DNA of 54,122 nucleotides, filler included, from Bipalium vagum (lineage: Eukaryota), in the NCBI GenBank assembly GCA_037834085.1. It is 3 parts of 3 records of this genome, joined end to end, with 100 filler letters (N's around TTAATTAATTAA, not from the genome) between each part and the next. Parts side by side here need not be neighbours in the genome. Positions count along the whole stretch, not along the records: positions 20,306 to 38,437 come from JBBMKC010039782.1; positions 38,538 to 54,122 come from JBBMKC010158438.1; 1 more part is not named here. The stretch is one strand, 5' to 3'. This document shows positions 26,801 through 38,905 of this stretch, in pieces. Every line of letters begins with the position of its first letter. Position 1 is the stretch's first letter. The translations under genes were made by a program, and so were the position numbers. A model generated the notes under the pieces. The model worked only from the letters and a program-made list of their open reading frames with translations, did no database searches and had not been told where the DNA came from.

Positions 26801-29800
26801 TTCTCAGATTTATTTTCATTACTGAGTCAAATTATTCTTACTTCGTCATTTTTGATATTATTCGTTACGGAAAATTCATTTCTTTTGCATATTTAATTTA
26901 TTTTCTTTAAAATTTACATTTTCATCAGATAATTTGCTTTTGATAGTAAGTGTGAAATGTCCGATTTTTAATCAACATTTGGATTTACAATAAAACAGGC
27001 GAAAAAGATATATTTATTCAAAATAATTACCATAACTAAATAATTACCATAAATAATTACCAATTCCGCAATCTTAATGGTAACTTGTTTATTCCAGAAC
27101 GAAGAAGTCTGGGAATAGAGTGGCGATGAAATTTCGAAAGGCGTTTTTCGCAGCCGCTTTTTTATTGAATATTTTTTCTGTTTACCAAAGCTTGACTCAA
27201 AATTTGTAATTTTTGGTGCATATTGTTGATTTGCTGACAGTAACTGTTGGACGTAATCATTTTTCCAGGATCCAGGAAATTAAAATGGATCAAACCATGT
27301 ACACACCACCAAGCAGTTATCATTACCTTTTTCTGTTTCAATTTTTGTTTTGGAAAGGTTTTTGGAGGTTCATTTTTGTCCAGCCATTGATTAGAGCATT
27401 GCCTATTATCGTACAAAATCTATTTCTCATCATATGTTATCATTCTATTGAGAAATGGATCGTTCTTGTTTCGGAAAATAAAGGAAGACGCAACTTCAAA
27501 GCGACGTATTTTTTGGTTTGCATTGAGCTCGTATGGCATCCATTTGTCCAGCTTCTTTACTTTTCTAATTTGTCCGAGGTGTCTCACAATTGTTGAATGG
27601 TGAACCTAAAGTTCTTTTGCAACTTCTCTTGTGGATTCCTTGAATCAGGTTCGATGACAGCCTCTAATTGATCATTTTCTACAGCTGATGGACGGCCACG
27701 ACCTTCTTTATCCTCCAGACTATAAATATTGTTTTCAAACTTTAAGAACCAACGCTGAACTGTTGTTTTGTTCACGCTTCCTATGCTCCATACTGCATTA
27801 ATATTTCGTGATGCTTCCGCAGCGCTTCTGCCTAGCTTGAACTCATAAAAATATATTTTACGGAAGTCATTTTTCGACATCTAAAACACAGTTTTCATTT
27901 CTAAATAAATTATGAAATATTTAAATTTTACTTTAAATTATTATTTAATTAATGTTCTTAAACAAGTGAATATTACTAAGAATAACAATTAGATTTTAAA
28001 AAGTGTATTGTTTAGTTAAAAATTGCTTTAGTTAAACAATGCAAAAAGATGCATTACTTTTTAACCAACCTAATAATTTTATTAATAATATTTAATTTTT
28101 AAAAAATTACATTTTGATGGACTCTTCTATATATATATTTTGGTTTTGATTTACCTTTTGAACCTGTTATTTTGTACAATAATATCACCATTTTTTAAAA
28201 TATTAAATATAGAATTATTAAATGTTGAAAAATAAATTAAATATAATTTTAATTAAAATTAGTATCCAAAAAATATCAGAATATTTTTAAAAATGATATT
28301 TGATTTTTACGTTAAGGTTAAGATTGGGCGTTGAGTTTGTTAAATTATTAATTTTTTTAATATTGAGTAATATTTTATATCACTAAATAAAACTGTGAGG
28401 TTACGAAAATTTAAAAAATGCCGGTTTTTAAGGTTAAGGACACCATTGTGTCTCGTTAATCATTTTACATATTAATAGTAATTTTTTTAAATTCTTTTTT
28501 CAAACGTAAATTTAGTATTGCGCTGTAAATTATTCATGCATCCCAGGATGGAGCCATTCTTCTTTTCTTGGATATTACGACTGCATTATCAACATACATT
28601 TTTTTTGCACTGATTGTTATTTTTCTTGAGATTTTTTAATTTTTCTTTTTCCAAGTTGAACATTACTTATCTCAAAGTATGATACATTCTTTTTACCAAG
28701 TTTTCCTCACTTGTTGTTGAAATCACAAACCATCCATGAGATCTATATTTGATTAGGTCTTCAGACTGGTTAGACTTTTACTTACTTCACTTTTCTCAAT
28801 TTTTAAAAATTTTTTTTACTTTTCTCAAATTTTTGCCGAATAATTTTGAGTTTTTTGACTTGATCCATTTTTATATTTTTCACTACATTTAAATTTCTTT
28901 TATCTCCTTGAACTACACTTTATAAATGTGACAACCGTAAAAATTACCGGGTTGCACTTTAAATCTCAATCAGAAAAGCTAAGGGTTTCTTTCATGATTG
29001 TCGAATAACTTCTAATTTTGACAAAGGAATAAAAAAAAGACTCTCATACAGACTTTTAAATATTGGTTCAAATTTAATTTGGATTTATCAAAAGATTTTG
29101 AAACTGAATTTCATAATCAATTAAAAAACTTTATATATTTTGTTTAACCTTTAATTAAAATGTTTTGATGTATTGGAAGATATATTCAGCATATTTTAGT
29201 CGACATCGGCTAATAGTCCTCAGTGTCTTGGAACTCGAAATAGCTTTGCAGGACACAATCTGCCGAAGAAGATTATTACTTACGGTTCTGTTTCTGATGC
29301 GCTTTCGATCAACCTTACGGACAATTATAAAGCACGTAAAATGAGTACGGACAGTGGGATCGCTGGTTCAATTGGAATAGGTCCATCTTTATATGATATC
29401 TATTTTACAAGTTAAATTTAAATAACTCAACTTTTACTCAAGCTTTGTATACACGAAAGATTTGATCTCACCTAAGGGTCATAAGACAGTTGAAATGTCA
29501 GCAGTGAGAAAAGGTATTAACTGATCCACCTTTTTTAATCATGACCATCAAAAAGACACCGATTTCTCCTCGGACAGGTTTCTCGTGTCAATTTGTTGAA
29601 AAAAACGGAATTTTTAAAATTTTATAAATTGAAAAAATAATTATTTTTAAATTTTGATTTGAAAATGTGAGAATAAATTGATTTTGTTATCAATATTAAA
29701 AAAATGTGCAATTGTCTGAAAAATTCCGTGCCTTGTTGATAGACTCTACAAAAATTTATTTATTTTATTTTTTCTTGTCTATTTTTTCCTGCTTATTTAT

Positions 29801-32800
29801 TTTAATAAAAATGAAAGGGGTAATTTTCTTTTGGAAAATTTCCATATATGACCTTTAATAATTATAATCTTTCGTTACAAAAATATTTTATATTTATATT
29901 ATTATTAAAAAATAACCAAATTTTCTAATTTATTTCATATTTTTTTAAAATTAAGTTTTTCAAAACCCAAATTTTAATAAAAAAATTTAAACAGAAAAAT
30001 TTAGTTACCAAAGGAAGTGAATTCAGGTCCACAGATGAAGATCTTGATTTCTGTCAAACTGGCTTTGAAAATGTACTGGATGCTGACAATGGCAAATGGT
30101 TAAGGACTGGACACGAAGTTGATAATCCAAAGATAGAATTTTAGAGTAAGAAGTTAAAAGCACTCACTTTAAACGAACACTGGATATATATTCGTCTCCT
30201 ACTAGGCGTACTTACATACATTCTTCAAGGCAAAGTTGATTTACAAAACAAGGGTTTCTTTAGGGATATGTCATATAGTTATTAGACATAATCAATTTAT
30301 CAAAAACAAGGAAATTGAGAAAAATAGAAAAAGTTTTCAATGTGATAGAAAGGAAATAGGAAAAAGTGAGCTCTATTCTTTAATTAAATAAAATATCGAA
30401 TTATCCGTGAGAAAGATAGACAATAAGATATGATTTCAAAATTGGAACATTGAAAAGAACTGGAATGTGGAGAACCACAGATACTGATATTTGAAGAAGA
30501 AAGGATAATGATAGTGAGGCAAAATTGAACCTAAGATGAAAAACAATGTGGGTGACAGTTAAGATGAAAAACGGGGTAGGTAGTAGACTTTAGAAATAAT
30601 TGTCCTAAATAAAGGAAAGTCAAAAGAATTATTGAAGCTCTTTCTTGTGCTAAATGGGTTTCAAGTTATTGAGGGCAATTCAAAGTTAAAGAAGGTAGTT
30701 TCAAAAACGATCGATCTTGTTCAAATATTAATGCAGTTTTATCTTTTTAGAATAGAATGGAACTATGTTCCAGAAGCGGCTTATTTTTGAAGTTTCATTT
30801 TATAAAGTTAACATTTGAAGATCCAGGATATTTAAAAAAATATCAAACATAAAAATTTCAAAAGTCCAATACATTTTAAACGAAATTGAATAAAAAGAAA
30901 AGTTACAGTAAAAAGGATTTTGCGAAAATAAAGTTTTTTAAAAACCAATTTTCATTAATGATAATATATTATTATGAATAATAAAATATTTTTGATTGAA
31001 ATATTCTTTAGGAAATGTTATACCAGACCTTTATCAGAGACGAGGAACAATAGTCAGAAGAGAATCTAGCCCTTCTGTCTCCGTTTGTGGAACCGTACAT
31101 TTTAAGCTTTTATACATTTTCAAAACTTCTGATTTGATGGTTAAAATTGAGAAAGGTATCATTTTGTTCAAAATAAATTTTTAAAAAGCTGACACCTAAT
31201 GAAAAATTATTTTTTATTTTGGTTTTTACTATATAAATTTATTATAAAAACGAAAATAATATTATATGGAACGAAGGGGTTCCAGTGTAAAACTATTCTA
31301 ATTTTTTAAATAGAAAGTTCTCGCTAAGATTTTGATTCATTGCTCATAGTTTACTCTAAGAATTAAGTCTTTATATTACTTAAAACCTAAGTTAATAGGC
31401 GGACTTGTATGTTAGTGTATTGTCAAAATTGTGTTCTAACATTCAGAATTTGGATAAGGAATAATGTTTCAAGCCAATATTTGTTTTCCTTCAAATGTTC
31501 CCATTTCTTCAGCTTTAGCTATTATATTATACCACAAATCTCATATTTAAAATTTTAACTGATCAGAAATAGGTTACTCCATATGATGATTCCATAAAGC
31601 AAATGGTACCTTCCCACGCATTGCATTCAACTCATGTTATTAACAATTTCTTCTGGTTTACCTATTTAGGTTGCTTAAAAATGAATGTCGGTATTCATAA
31701 ATCTAATTTATTTAACGTCATTTTAATATATTTTTGTTTTAATACATATTAAATATCATTTCAAAGCGTTCAATTTAAATTATATATTTGTTAGCATTTC
31801 ATCTTTATTTAATTTTAAAAAAAAATTTATAAAATTTTTAAGGTAACCCGAAAAATAATCAATTACACGAGTTTAAACTGAGATACAAAACAGAGATATT
31901 CGGTATTTTGGTATTCGGTGAAGGATGCATAGTTTATAATATCATGTATATGTAGAGTTCATAATACCAAATACAATAATATTTATTTACAGACTGATGC
32001 TGTACACGCTTCTTAATTAACATTATATCCAAGATCCCATTATTTTTTAAATAAGTTTCATTTTTAGGATTTGAATGTAAGGGTTGGTTCTTGAATTTTA
32101 CTTGCTATTACAGGGTGGCTCAAAAGTAACTTAATGATTTTATATAATAGTTAAAAGTAAATATTCCAGACAATTATTTATTTTGAATATTATGAATAAA
32201 CAATAATTCATGGAGATTTTTTTAAACTAGATTTTGAAAATTATGTCCTTTAAATGACCACCACTTTCTGTCTCACAAAATTTGGCTCTTTTTATAGAGT
32301 TTTCCATGACACCTGCTAAAACTTCCGGGTTTATTGCTTTAATTTCGTCACGAAAATTGTTCTTTAATTGTTGAATGAACTTTGGCTAATTAATATAAAC
32401 TTTATCCTTCAGATATCCTCAAAGAAAATAATCTGGAGCTGATAAATCTGGTGAACGAGAAGGTCAGTTGAATGTCGAATTTTTTGGAAATTATCCGATT
32501 ACAGAAATTCTCAAGTAAGAGAATAATGTACGGTGGCTCCATCTTGTTGAAACCACATCAGTTCATTGTCAGTAACAGCAGGAAGCAAATATGTTTTTAT
32601 CATATCGCGATATCACTCAGCATTTATGGTTACAGCATTCCCATTAACATCCTCAAAGAAATATGGTCTATGATCTTTTAATATGAAACACCACACCAAA
32701 CTGTGCATTTCATCGAATACATTTCTCTCTGATGAACAGTCCTTGGATTTTTAGATCCCCATATTTTATAATTTTGCTTGTTGACGAATCCATTCAGATG

Positions 32801-35800
32801 AAAGTAGGATTCGTCACTCATTATCAAATTCTGCAGGAAGTTTTCATTTGCAAGTGCCATTTCTTGAAATTTTCGGATATAGGTTAATCTTTGTTGTTGG
32901 ACTGCCTGCGTCAAATATCGCACCATTTGAAATTTGTATGGAAACATTTTTAGTTCCCTTACCAGAATTCGTTGTAAGGATTTTCGAGAAATGTCTAATT
33001 GCAAAGAACTTCTTCGAGTTGATGTTTCTGGGTCATCCACTATACTCTTTCAATAACATCTTTATTTCTTGTTTGGCAAGGTTTCCCAATCTTTACAAAT
33101 CGTTTACGAAGCCCTGGCCTCGGAAACGTTTAATTAATTGCATAATCATAAAGGCTGTTGGTGGCTTCTTAACATTGAAATGTTTGCAATATTTACGTTG
33201 AGTTCGGATTATTGAATTATTGTTTTGAAAATAAAATTCAACGATTTTCGTTCGTTCAGATATTGTATATCTTTGTGACATTTATTTCATGGATTCCATT
33301 TTTATATCTACAATTATTTCAAAATAATTAAATATTCATTACATTTTTTATGAATTTTTAGATTTATTTATTAACATTTTCGCCACCCTGTTTATCCTGA
33401 AAACTTTCCAAGAGTAAGCCAGATAAGAATATGACGAGTTTCCCTTACATTCTGTCGTATCTCAGCTTAGGTCTTTAATCGTCATTCAATGTAGTCATCT
33501 TATCTTTTGTCTTCATGTTTCTTAACACGCAAATCAATTTTGATTATTGCAACATTTTTTTCCTTGGAAATTAATATTCGATATAATATAAACCAACCAT
33601 CACATCATCTCTGATAAAGGAAAACACATTTGCGTCTTTTTCATAATCTTCACGTTCAATATTTACTTTATTTCTGTTTGTCTTTTGAAAACCTTTTGAA
33701 TATTTTCTCCTTTCTTCTTTCACTTTGAAAAACTTTTTTCTGCCTACTTTCCATATACAGAGTTTTTGGGTTTCAAAGCTGAACACTAAATAATTTTTGA
33801 TCTTTCAAATTTTCTGAATTATTTATTTTTCCTCTGATTTTTATGGTTGATGATATTGATGATATTGACGGAAATCTCAGTCACCATTTGTGATACTGAA
33901 TATTGGCTCAGTTTTATATTATTATAAAATAAAAACAAATTATGTGAAATTTTTTATGAAAAATATAACAATTATGTAATAATAAATAATAATAATAATT
34001 TAACGGTAAATTATTTGACAGTAAATAATATTCCTTCAACCACCATTTCAAAGTTAGTTTCAAACAGAAGAGACTTTAATTCTTATATCACAATCGAAAT
34101 AAGTCCTCCGGTTGATCAAAAAATTCGACAAACATCCCTGAAAAAGAATGAATCTTCTCCAACATTTGCCGAAACATTCAAATTCCCGATTGCATATGAA
34201 GAGCTTTATACACATTCACTGACGTTCTCCATCTACGAACTGAATCAAATGGACTATTCCAAACAAAAGTTTGGAAAAGCCAACATAGCTCTGAACACTG
34301 TAGATCCAAGCATGGAAGTGGAAATATGGCTTGACATCATAATAATTGAGCCAGAGGTCAAGCTTTAATTGATTATTTTGATGAAGAATCTGTTTCAAAA
34401 TTATGAATTTATTCATTTTTTAAATTGTTATAAAATGAAAAATTTGATCTGAGCGTTTTCACCTCATTCTTAAAATTGGTATTATGAAACATTGTTATCA
34501 ATATCACCGTAATTTAACAGAATTAATTAAAATAATTTTCGGGTACATATTATCGCTCTGTATAAAATTTCCTAACTTTAAACATTTTTTGTTTAACTTA
34601 TTAGGGTGAACCAAAAGTTCGTGCTTTTTTGTACAACAATTTCAACATATATATTTAACAAAAAACAAAACAAAAGTCAAATTTCAAAATAGATCCCCTT
34701 TTATTCTACTGTCTTAAGCCATTTATTGGCAAGTTGTTCGATGTCACTTTTGTACCAACTCTTGTCCTTAGAGTCGAAGAACCCCAGGCACTCCTCTAGA
34801 TTATTGAAAGAGTGTCCTCGCAAAAATGTGCCATTGACCGGAACAAGTGACGGTCATATGGTGCAAGGTCAGGGGTGTAAGCTGGGTGCGGTAATAATTC
34901 AATTCCATGTAGTTCTTTGATTCTTGGCATTGTCTTGCTGCAAATATATTTGTTTTCGGTTGACCATTGAAGGGTATTTCTAGCATAATACCTCATATAT
35001 TTGTTCAATAATAATTTCTTAAAAGTCGAGAATATTTTATTTATTTGATCACCCCAACCTAAATTGTGTTTCTTGTTGCTTCGTCAGCATTATGACCAAG
35101 TTTAAACTAATACACCAGAATGATCCGAATGTCTGGTTTTGAAATTATTTTTAAATTGTTTAAAATGAATGCGTTTAAACAAATAATCATTAGATTAGTA
35201 GGTGGGAAATGGGCATTTAATTTTTATATAAACAACATAACGTTTAATTTGATAAGATTTCTCACAAGTCTGACAACGCTCATTTTTTTGCAACAAAAAA
35301 ATATTTAATAACATTTAATAAATAATAATTTAAAAAATAATTTTAATAATTGTGATCAGACATGGAATCTTTTTAAAATATATTTGATCACTTCTTTCAC
35401 TGGATACGTTACACGATCTCTTTCAACAGTTTTAAAATTACCATTTGACAAAAAATTTGAAAAATTCTGAAAAATAATTATAATCAACGTTTATTTTTAG
35501 AAATTTGCTGAAGGAAAATTCAATTACCTTTCGTAATCTTTTATTTATAAAAATGAGAGCCACCAAACCAACTCTGGGATTCAGAGCAAAGAGTGACATT
35601 TTCATTTTTAGCGAAAAATATCGGAAGATTTAAATTACAATCTCTCCCCGGGCTCAAAGACCGAAATATTAATATTTATTACACAATTAGTGTTATATTA
35701 ATTACAAATTTCATTGGAATGAATAATTTCAGTTTAAATCCGTTGTTTTAATGAATGAATTATTTGGCAGTCAATTTTGCTCAGATTTCCACCTATTTTT

Positions 35801-36326
35801 AGAATGCATTCGACTTCTTTGCGGAGCGGCCAAATTTTATCCATTAATAACTCCGTTGAATATTATGTCAAATTTTCAGTCATATTTCCATGGGAGATGT
35901 ACGAGAATATCGGAGGCAGAGAATATTTCTTCGGGAAATATTATTTTCCATCTAAAATAAGCACTGATCAATTTTATAAACGGCGTTGGTTTCCTATGTA
36001 AATAAATTCTTATCTAAATAAAAATTATTTCGGTAACTCATTTAAAATTTCATTGATTAATTATTCGCGTTTTTCTGGATAAAACCCATCTTCCAATTTC
36101 CCTCGTTGGGATTAAATAAATCTTACGCGATTCAGTGTTTATAATAATGTAAAAATGTATTCATATGGTCACTTTTCATCAACGAATTTAATTTACTTTC
36201 AGAAACGTGGAACCAGAGGACAATTATTAGTGAGTCTTAACTATCTCCCATCAGCAGGAAGATTAACTTTGGTCGTCATGAAAGCAAAGAATATCATTGT
36301 TACAAATGTGGATGAAGATAATTATA
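20618..36326 (+). CDS. Synaptotagmin-like protein (N-terminal TM, linker, C2A, start of C2B); 3'-partial
   Basis: Hand-spliced GT-AG exons 20618-20842 (ends phase 0), 29200-29380 (1), 31012-31155 (1), 34022-34356 (0) and 36203-36326 (1) join into one open frame of ~336 aa. Content: TM helix plus basic stop-transfer QRKKKIRK; GNVIPDLY; CGTVHFKLLY (C2A beta1); PTFAETFKF; GQLLVSLNYLPSAGRLTLVVMKAKN (C2B start). Subfamily not assignable. Confidence 0.9.
21100..21600 (-). mobile_element. Possible Penelope-like retroelement remnant (GIY-YIG proximal region)
   Basis: Weak minus-strand motifs (PYLP; KQISGVFK, similar to SGVY). Heavily decayed. Confidence 0.3.
23116..23200 (-). mobile_element. tRNA-derived SINE-like element / tRNA pseudogene, copy 2
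   Basis: Reverse complement CGTAGCTCAGCGGTCAGAGC...CCGGTTCGAATCCCGGTATTTCTGAATAATTTCCAACTAACA has A and B boxes and the same tail as 2727-2818. Confidence 0.7.
23201..23462 (+). mobile_element. Tc1 (DD34E) transposase 3' remnant
   Basis: LLPCPAISPDANPIKNM*GCMK (WPA.SPD.NPIENMW-like) and LVDSME*RLSTIIDAAGAYTKY*. Confidence 0.8.
24698..25420 (-). mobile_element. Degenerate mariner
   Basis: Minus-strand residues KIIVTVW*SPIGQVHHNFLNFGETINVKRY..KIDAIHDKI; TIR-like GGTGCAAAAATAATG at ~24702. Confidence 0.65.
25536..25619 (+). repeat. Isolated terminus of the pogo-like family at 36690-38240
   Basis: Matches the reverse complement of 36690-36775 (TTTTTCC.AAA.T.TCTGGA.CAAAAATAA..GGGAA.T..TTTGAGATTTTAG). 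Self-complementary ends. Confidence 0.65.
26945..28073 (-). mobile_element. Mariner, cecropia-like subfamily, frameshifted and 3'-deleted
   Basis: TIR TA-TTAGGTTGGTTAAAAAAGTAATG ending at 28073 (Hsmar1-like). ORFs MSKNDFRKIYFYEFKLGRSAAEASRNIN..TVQRWF.KF..LEDKEGRGRPS and YDNRQCSNQWLD..KKVMITAWW..GLIHFNFL. Left end approximate. Confidence 0.92.
29200..29380 (+). CDS. Synaptotagmin-like, linker exon (not in ORF track)
   Basis: Acceptor TTTTAG|; STSANSPQCLGTRNSFAGHNLPKKIITYGSVSDALSINLTDNYKARKMSTDSGIAGSIGI; phase-1 donor G|GTCCAT (weak) joins to GA of the next exon to give Gly-NVIPDLY. Confidence 0.75.
31012..31155 (+). CDS. Synaptotagmin-like, linker end and C2A beta1-2 exon
   Basis: TTTAG|GA; NVIPDLYQRRG..CGTVHFKLLYIFKTSDLMVKIEK; G|GTATC. 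Confidence 0.88.
32111..33390 (-). mobile_element. Near full-length rosa/DD41D-like Tc1/mariner transposon in a synaptotagmin intron
   Basis: TIRs CAGGGTGGC.. / ..GCCACCCTG. Frameshifted transposase MSQRYTISERTKIVEFY.., LIMSDESYFHLNGFVNKQNYKIW, WFQQDGATVH, RSPDLSAPDYFL.GYLK. Confidence 0.93.
34022..34356 (+). CDS. Synaptotagmin-like, C2A core exon
   Basis: GACAG|TA; NSYITIEI..RQTSLKKNESSPTFAETFKFPIAYEEL..SLTFSIYE..FGKANIAL..EIWLDI; GAG|GTCAAG. Confidence 0.9.
34600..35300 (-). mobile_element. Mariner remnant
   Basis: TIR-like TATTAGGGTGAACCAAAAGTTCG at 34600; GIELLPHPAYTPDLAPYDRHLFRSMAHF. Confidence 0.85.
36203..36326 (+). CDS. Synaptotagmin-like, first C2B exon
   Basis: TTTCAG|AAA; KRGTRGQLLVSLNYLPSAGRLTLVVMKAKNIIVTNVDEDNY; phase-1 donor A|GTTATT at the position corresponding to the S-D-P-Y loop. 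Confidence 0.9.
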
Positions 36327-36689
36327 GTTATTATTTATTTATGATTATTATTAAGTTCTTAATTACCAGATTCATTTTCATAATTAACACTGTTATTCTT
36401 TATTAATCTCAGATAATTAATCGTATTAATATTCAAATTATTTAAATAATTAAAGTGCAACTGAAATGAACATTTGTAATATTGAACACCATTGAAAATT
36501 TTGCGAATAATAAGAAAAGTATTCATTGGTATTTTATATTTGCTTTTAATTATTTATTTTCTCTAATATTTTTATTATTAAACTATTATTACACAATTAT
36601 TTATATTAATTTATGCACAATTTTATTTTATTAATAATAATTTTATTATTACTAAGCATAATTTTATTTTACACATATTAATAAACATG

Positions 36690-38240
36690 CCCTAAAATCT
36701 CAAATAACTTCCCAGGGGATTATTTTTGGTCCAGAAAATTTCGGAAAAAGAAGGGTGTGAAAAAAGGAAAATTAAATAAAACAATTATTCATCGAATATT
36801 TCTGAATAATCAGATTCATCTATTTCGGGCATGTCGCAGTTATCATTAAAAATGACTTTGTTTCCGTGATATCGAGCAGGAAAATGTTTACTGAACTGTG
36901 AATCTTGTGCAATTATTAAATCATTATATTTGTTCAAAAAATATTTTTGAAACGTTTTAAAATCATCTCCATCTTTAAAGTATTTCATGGAGTTAGAAAC
37001 CGGTTTCATTGGGAGGAATTTTAAAGATTTTGATTATTGTTCGTACAGTTTCATCTGACTGGAAATAACCCAAAGCAAAATTGAGAATTATGGATTTGAT
37101 AGATGTAAGCCACAAAACATTGAATATTTGAAAATTTTCTGTTAATCCACAAGGAATCACAAAACCAAATCTTTCTTTTGTGTAACAATCATCGACTTTC
37201 TTTGAAATATGACTTCTAGCACTGCCGATTACCAACAAAACTGTATTCTGTGATTTTAATACAGTACGAAATATAAATTCCATAAGATCTGGAACAGTTT
37301 CAAATTAATCCAATTTTTCAGAGGATAAATGCAGAAAACAACTTACATTCTTGACTGTTTAATCTATTGTTTAAAAATGACAGTCTGGGATCATTTCTTG
37401 CTAATGACAGAAGCTGCATAAATGTCTGTTATTCTGAATCTAAATATATTCTCACTGATAACAACAATTTGATCAGAGCCAACAGTGTCAATGTGGCTTT
37501 GTCATCTTCCTCAGTAAATATTGCTGACTCATTCATGTTATAAATGTCCTCAATTTGAACTCCATATTCAGGGATTATAATTTTAATGTGATTAATACAT
37601 GAGACTCCTGCGAACATTTTCATCATTGGTAAACTGCAAACTTTATTTACTTTTCTCAATAATAATCACGTACTTGTGTTTATTTATTTAACAAATCACA
37701 GGATGCTCTAAAATCTGAAGCATAACTACACATTCGATTAATCTTTTCCCCCATCGTATTATTCCGTTTCTTTTGAATTTTTTCGTTCCAATTTTTCATT
37801 AACAATTCTTTCATGAAGAACTTCCTCTATTTCTTCTGACTTTACTTCTGTTTCAAGCCTATAAGTTGGCAGCATTAAGAATCAGTCTCACGGATTACAT
37901 GTTCTTTGTTAATCTTAACATTTTCCTCTCAATTTTATTGTTTTAGCAACTTCAGAAAGATCTCCACTAAGTGGATTCTTATTTCTCATCCTCTAACTTT
38001 TACTTGATCGTATAGATTATGTATTTCATGAAATCTGTTTTAACGATATATTAAAAAGGGTTTTCAAAATGATATTGACATTTATAGATACAAAATTGAC
38101 AAACTCAACAAACATTTCTTTACGAAACGGAAACCTATCGACATTTATACGATGTGATTAAAAAAATGTTAATGTTTTTTTTGGTCCAGACATTTTTGGA
38201 AAAATACAGAAATGGAGAATTATTTGGAGTTGTAGTGTAT
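36690..38240 (-). mobile_element. Degenerate pogo/Tc2-like (DDE_1) transposon
   Basis: Minus-strand motifs IYNMNESAIF (N.DE), LLVIGSARSH (D.A.SH), VIPCGLTENFQ (IPGG.T..LQP). Related terminal sequences at both ends contain TTTTTGGTCCAGA. Confidence 0.8.
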
Positions 38241-38437
38241 ATATTTAACTGTTTCAAATATAATTTATATTAGGCTGGAAACAAAGTTCTCGCACTATTT
38301 TGTTATATGCCTTTTTAAAATTATTTATAACTAACTGATTTAAATATAGATACAGTTGAGTCTCGATATAACGAACCTGTGTGAAACAAATGGTTGGCTG
38401 CACATCATATATATACAAATTAAACTTTGATACAGCA

Positions 38438-38537
38438 NNNNNNNNNNNNNNNNNNNNNNNNNNNNNNNNNNNNNNNNNNNNTTAATTAATTAANNNNNNN
38501 NNNNNNNNNNNNNNNNNNNNNNNNNNNNNNNNNNNNN
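38438..38537. other. Artificial 100-nt contig spacer N44-TTAATTAATTAA-N44
   Basis: Same structure as 20206-20305. Confidence 0.97.
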
Positions 38538-38905
38538 CTATTATTTTATTATTATTATTCTTTTCAATATTAATAATAATATTATTATTAGTTGTAGTAG
38601 TACTGATAATTATAGTGATCAGATCTTATTGCGGTACTGCTCAAGGTTTTTTCAGATTATGTACCATAAGTTCATGGTGGATCCGTAAAAACTTTCTTTT
38701 AAATCAAGGGTGTTATTGATTTGATTACAATAATAAGAGTCAAACAGAACATGGCCCAATTTCTTTATTTTCAATCAAATCGTTTCAACAATTTTATAAA
38801 CCGTAAGCTACGAAACCAAATAAAATAAAAAGAATTTAAATGAAAGTGAATTATTGATTTCAGAATAAAAAAATATTGCATAGTGAATGTTACTTTTCCT
38901 TTAAC

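Noticed and set aside
28440-30720. LINE-like remnants flanking synaptotagmin exon 2
   Set aside because: Purine-skewed, coding-like sequence, but the motifs are too decayed to assign.
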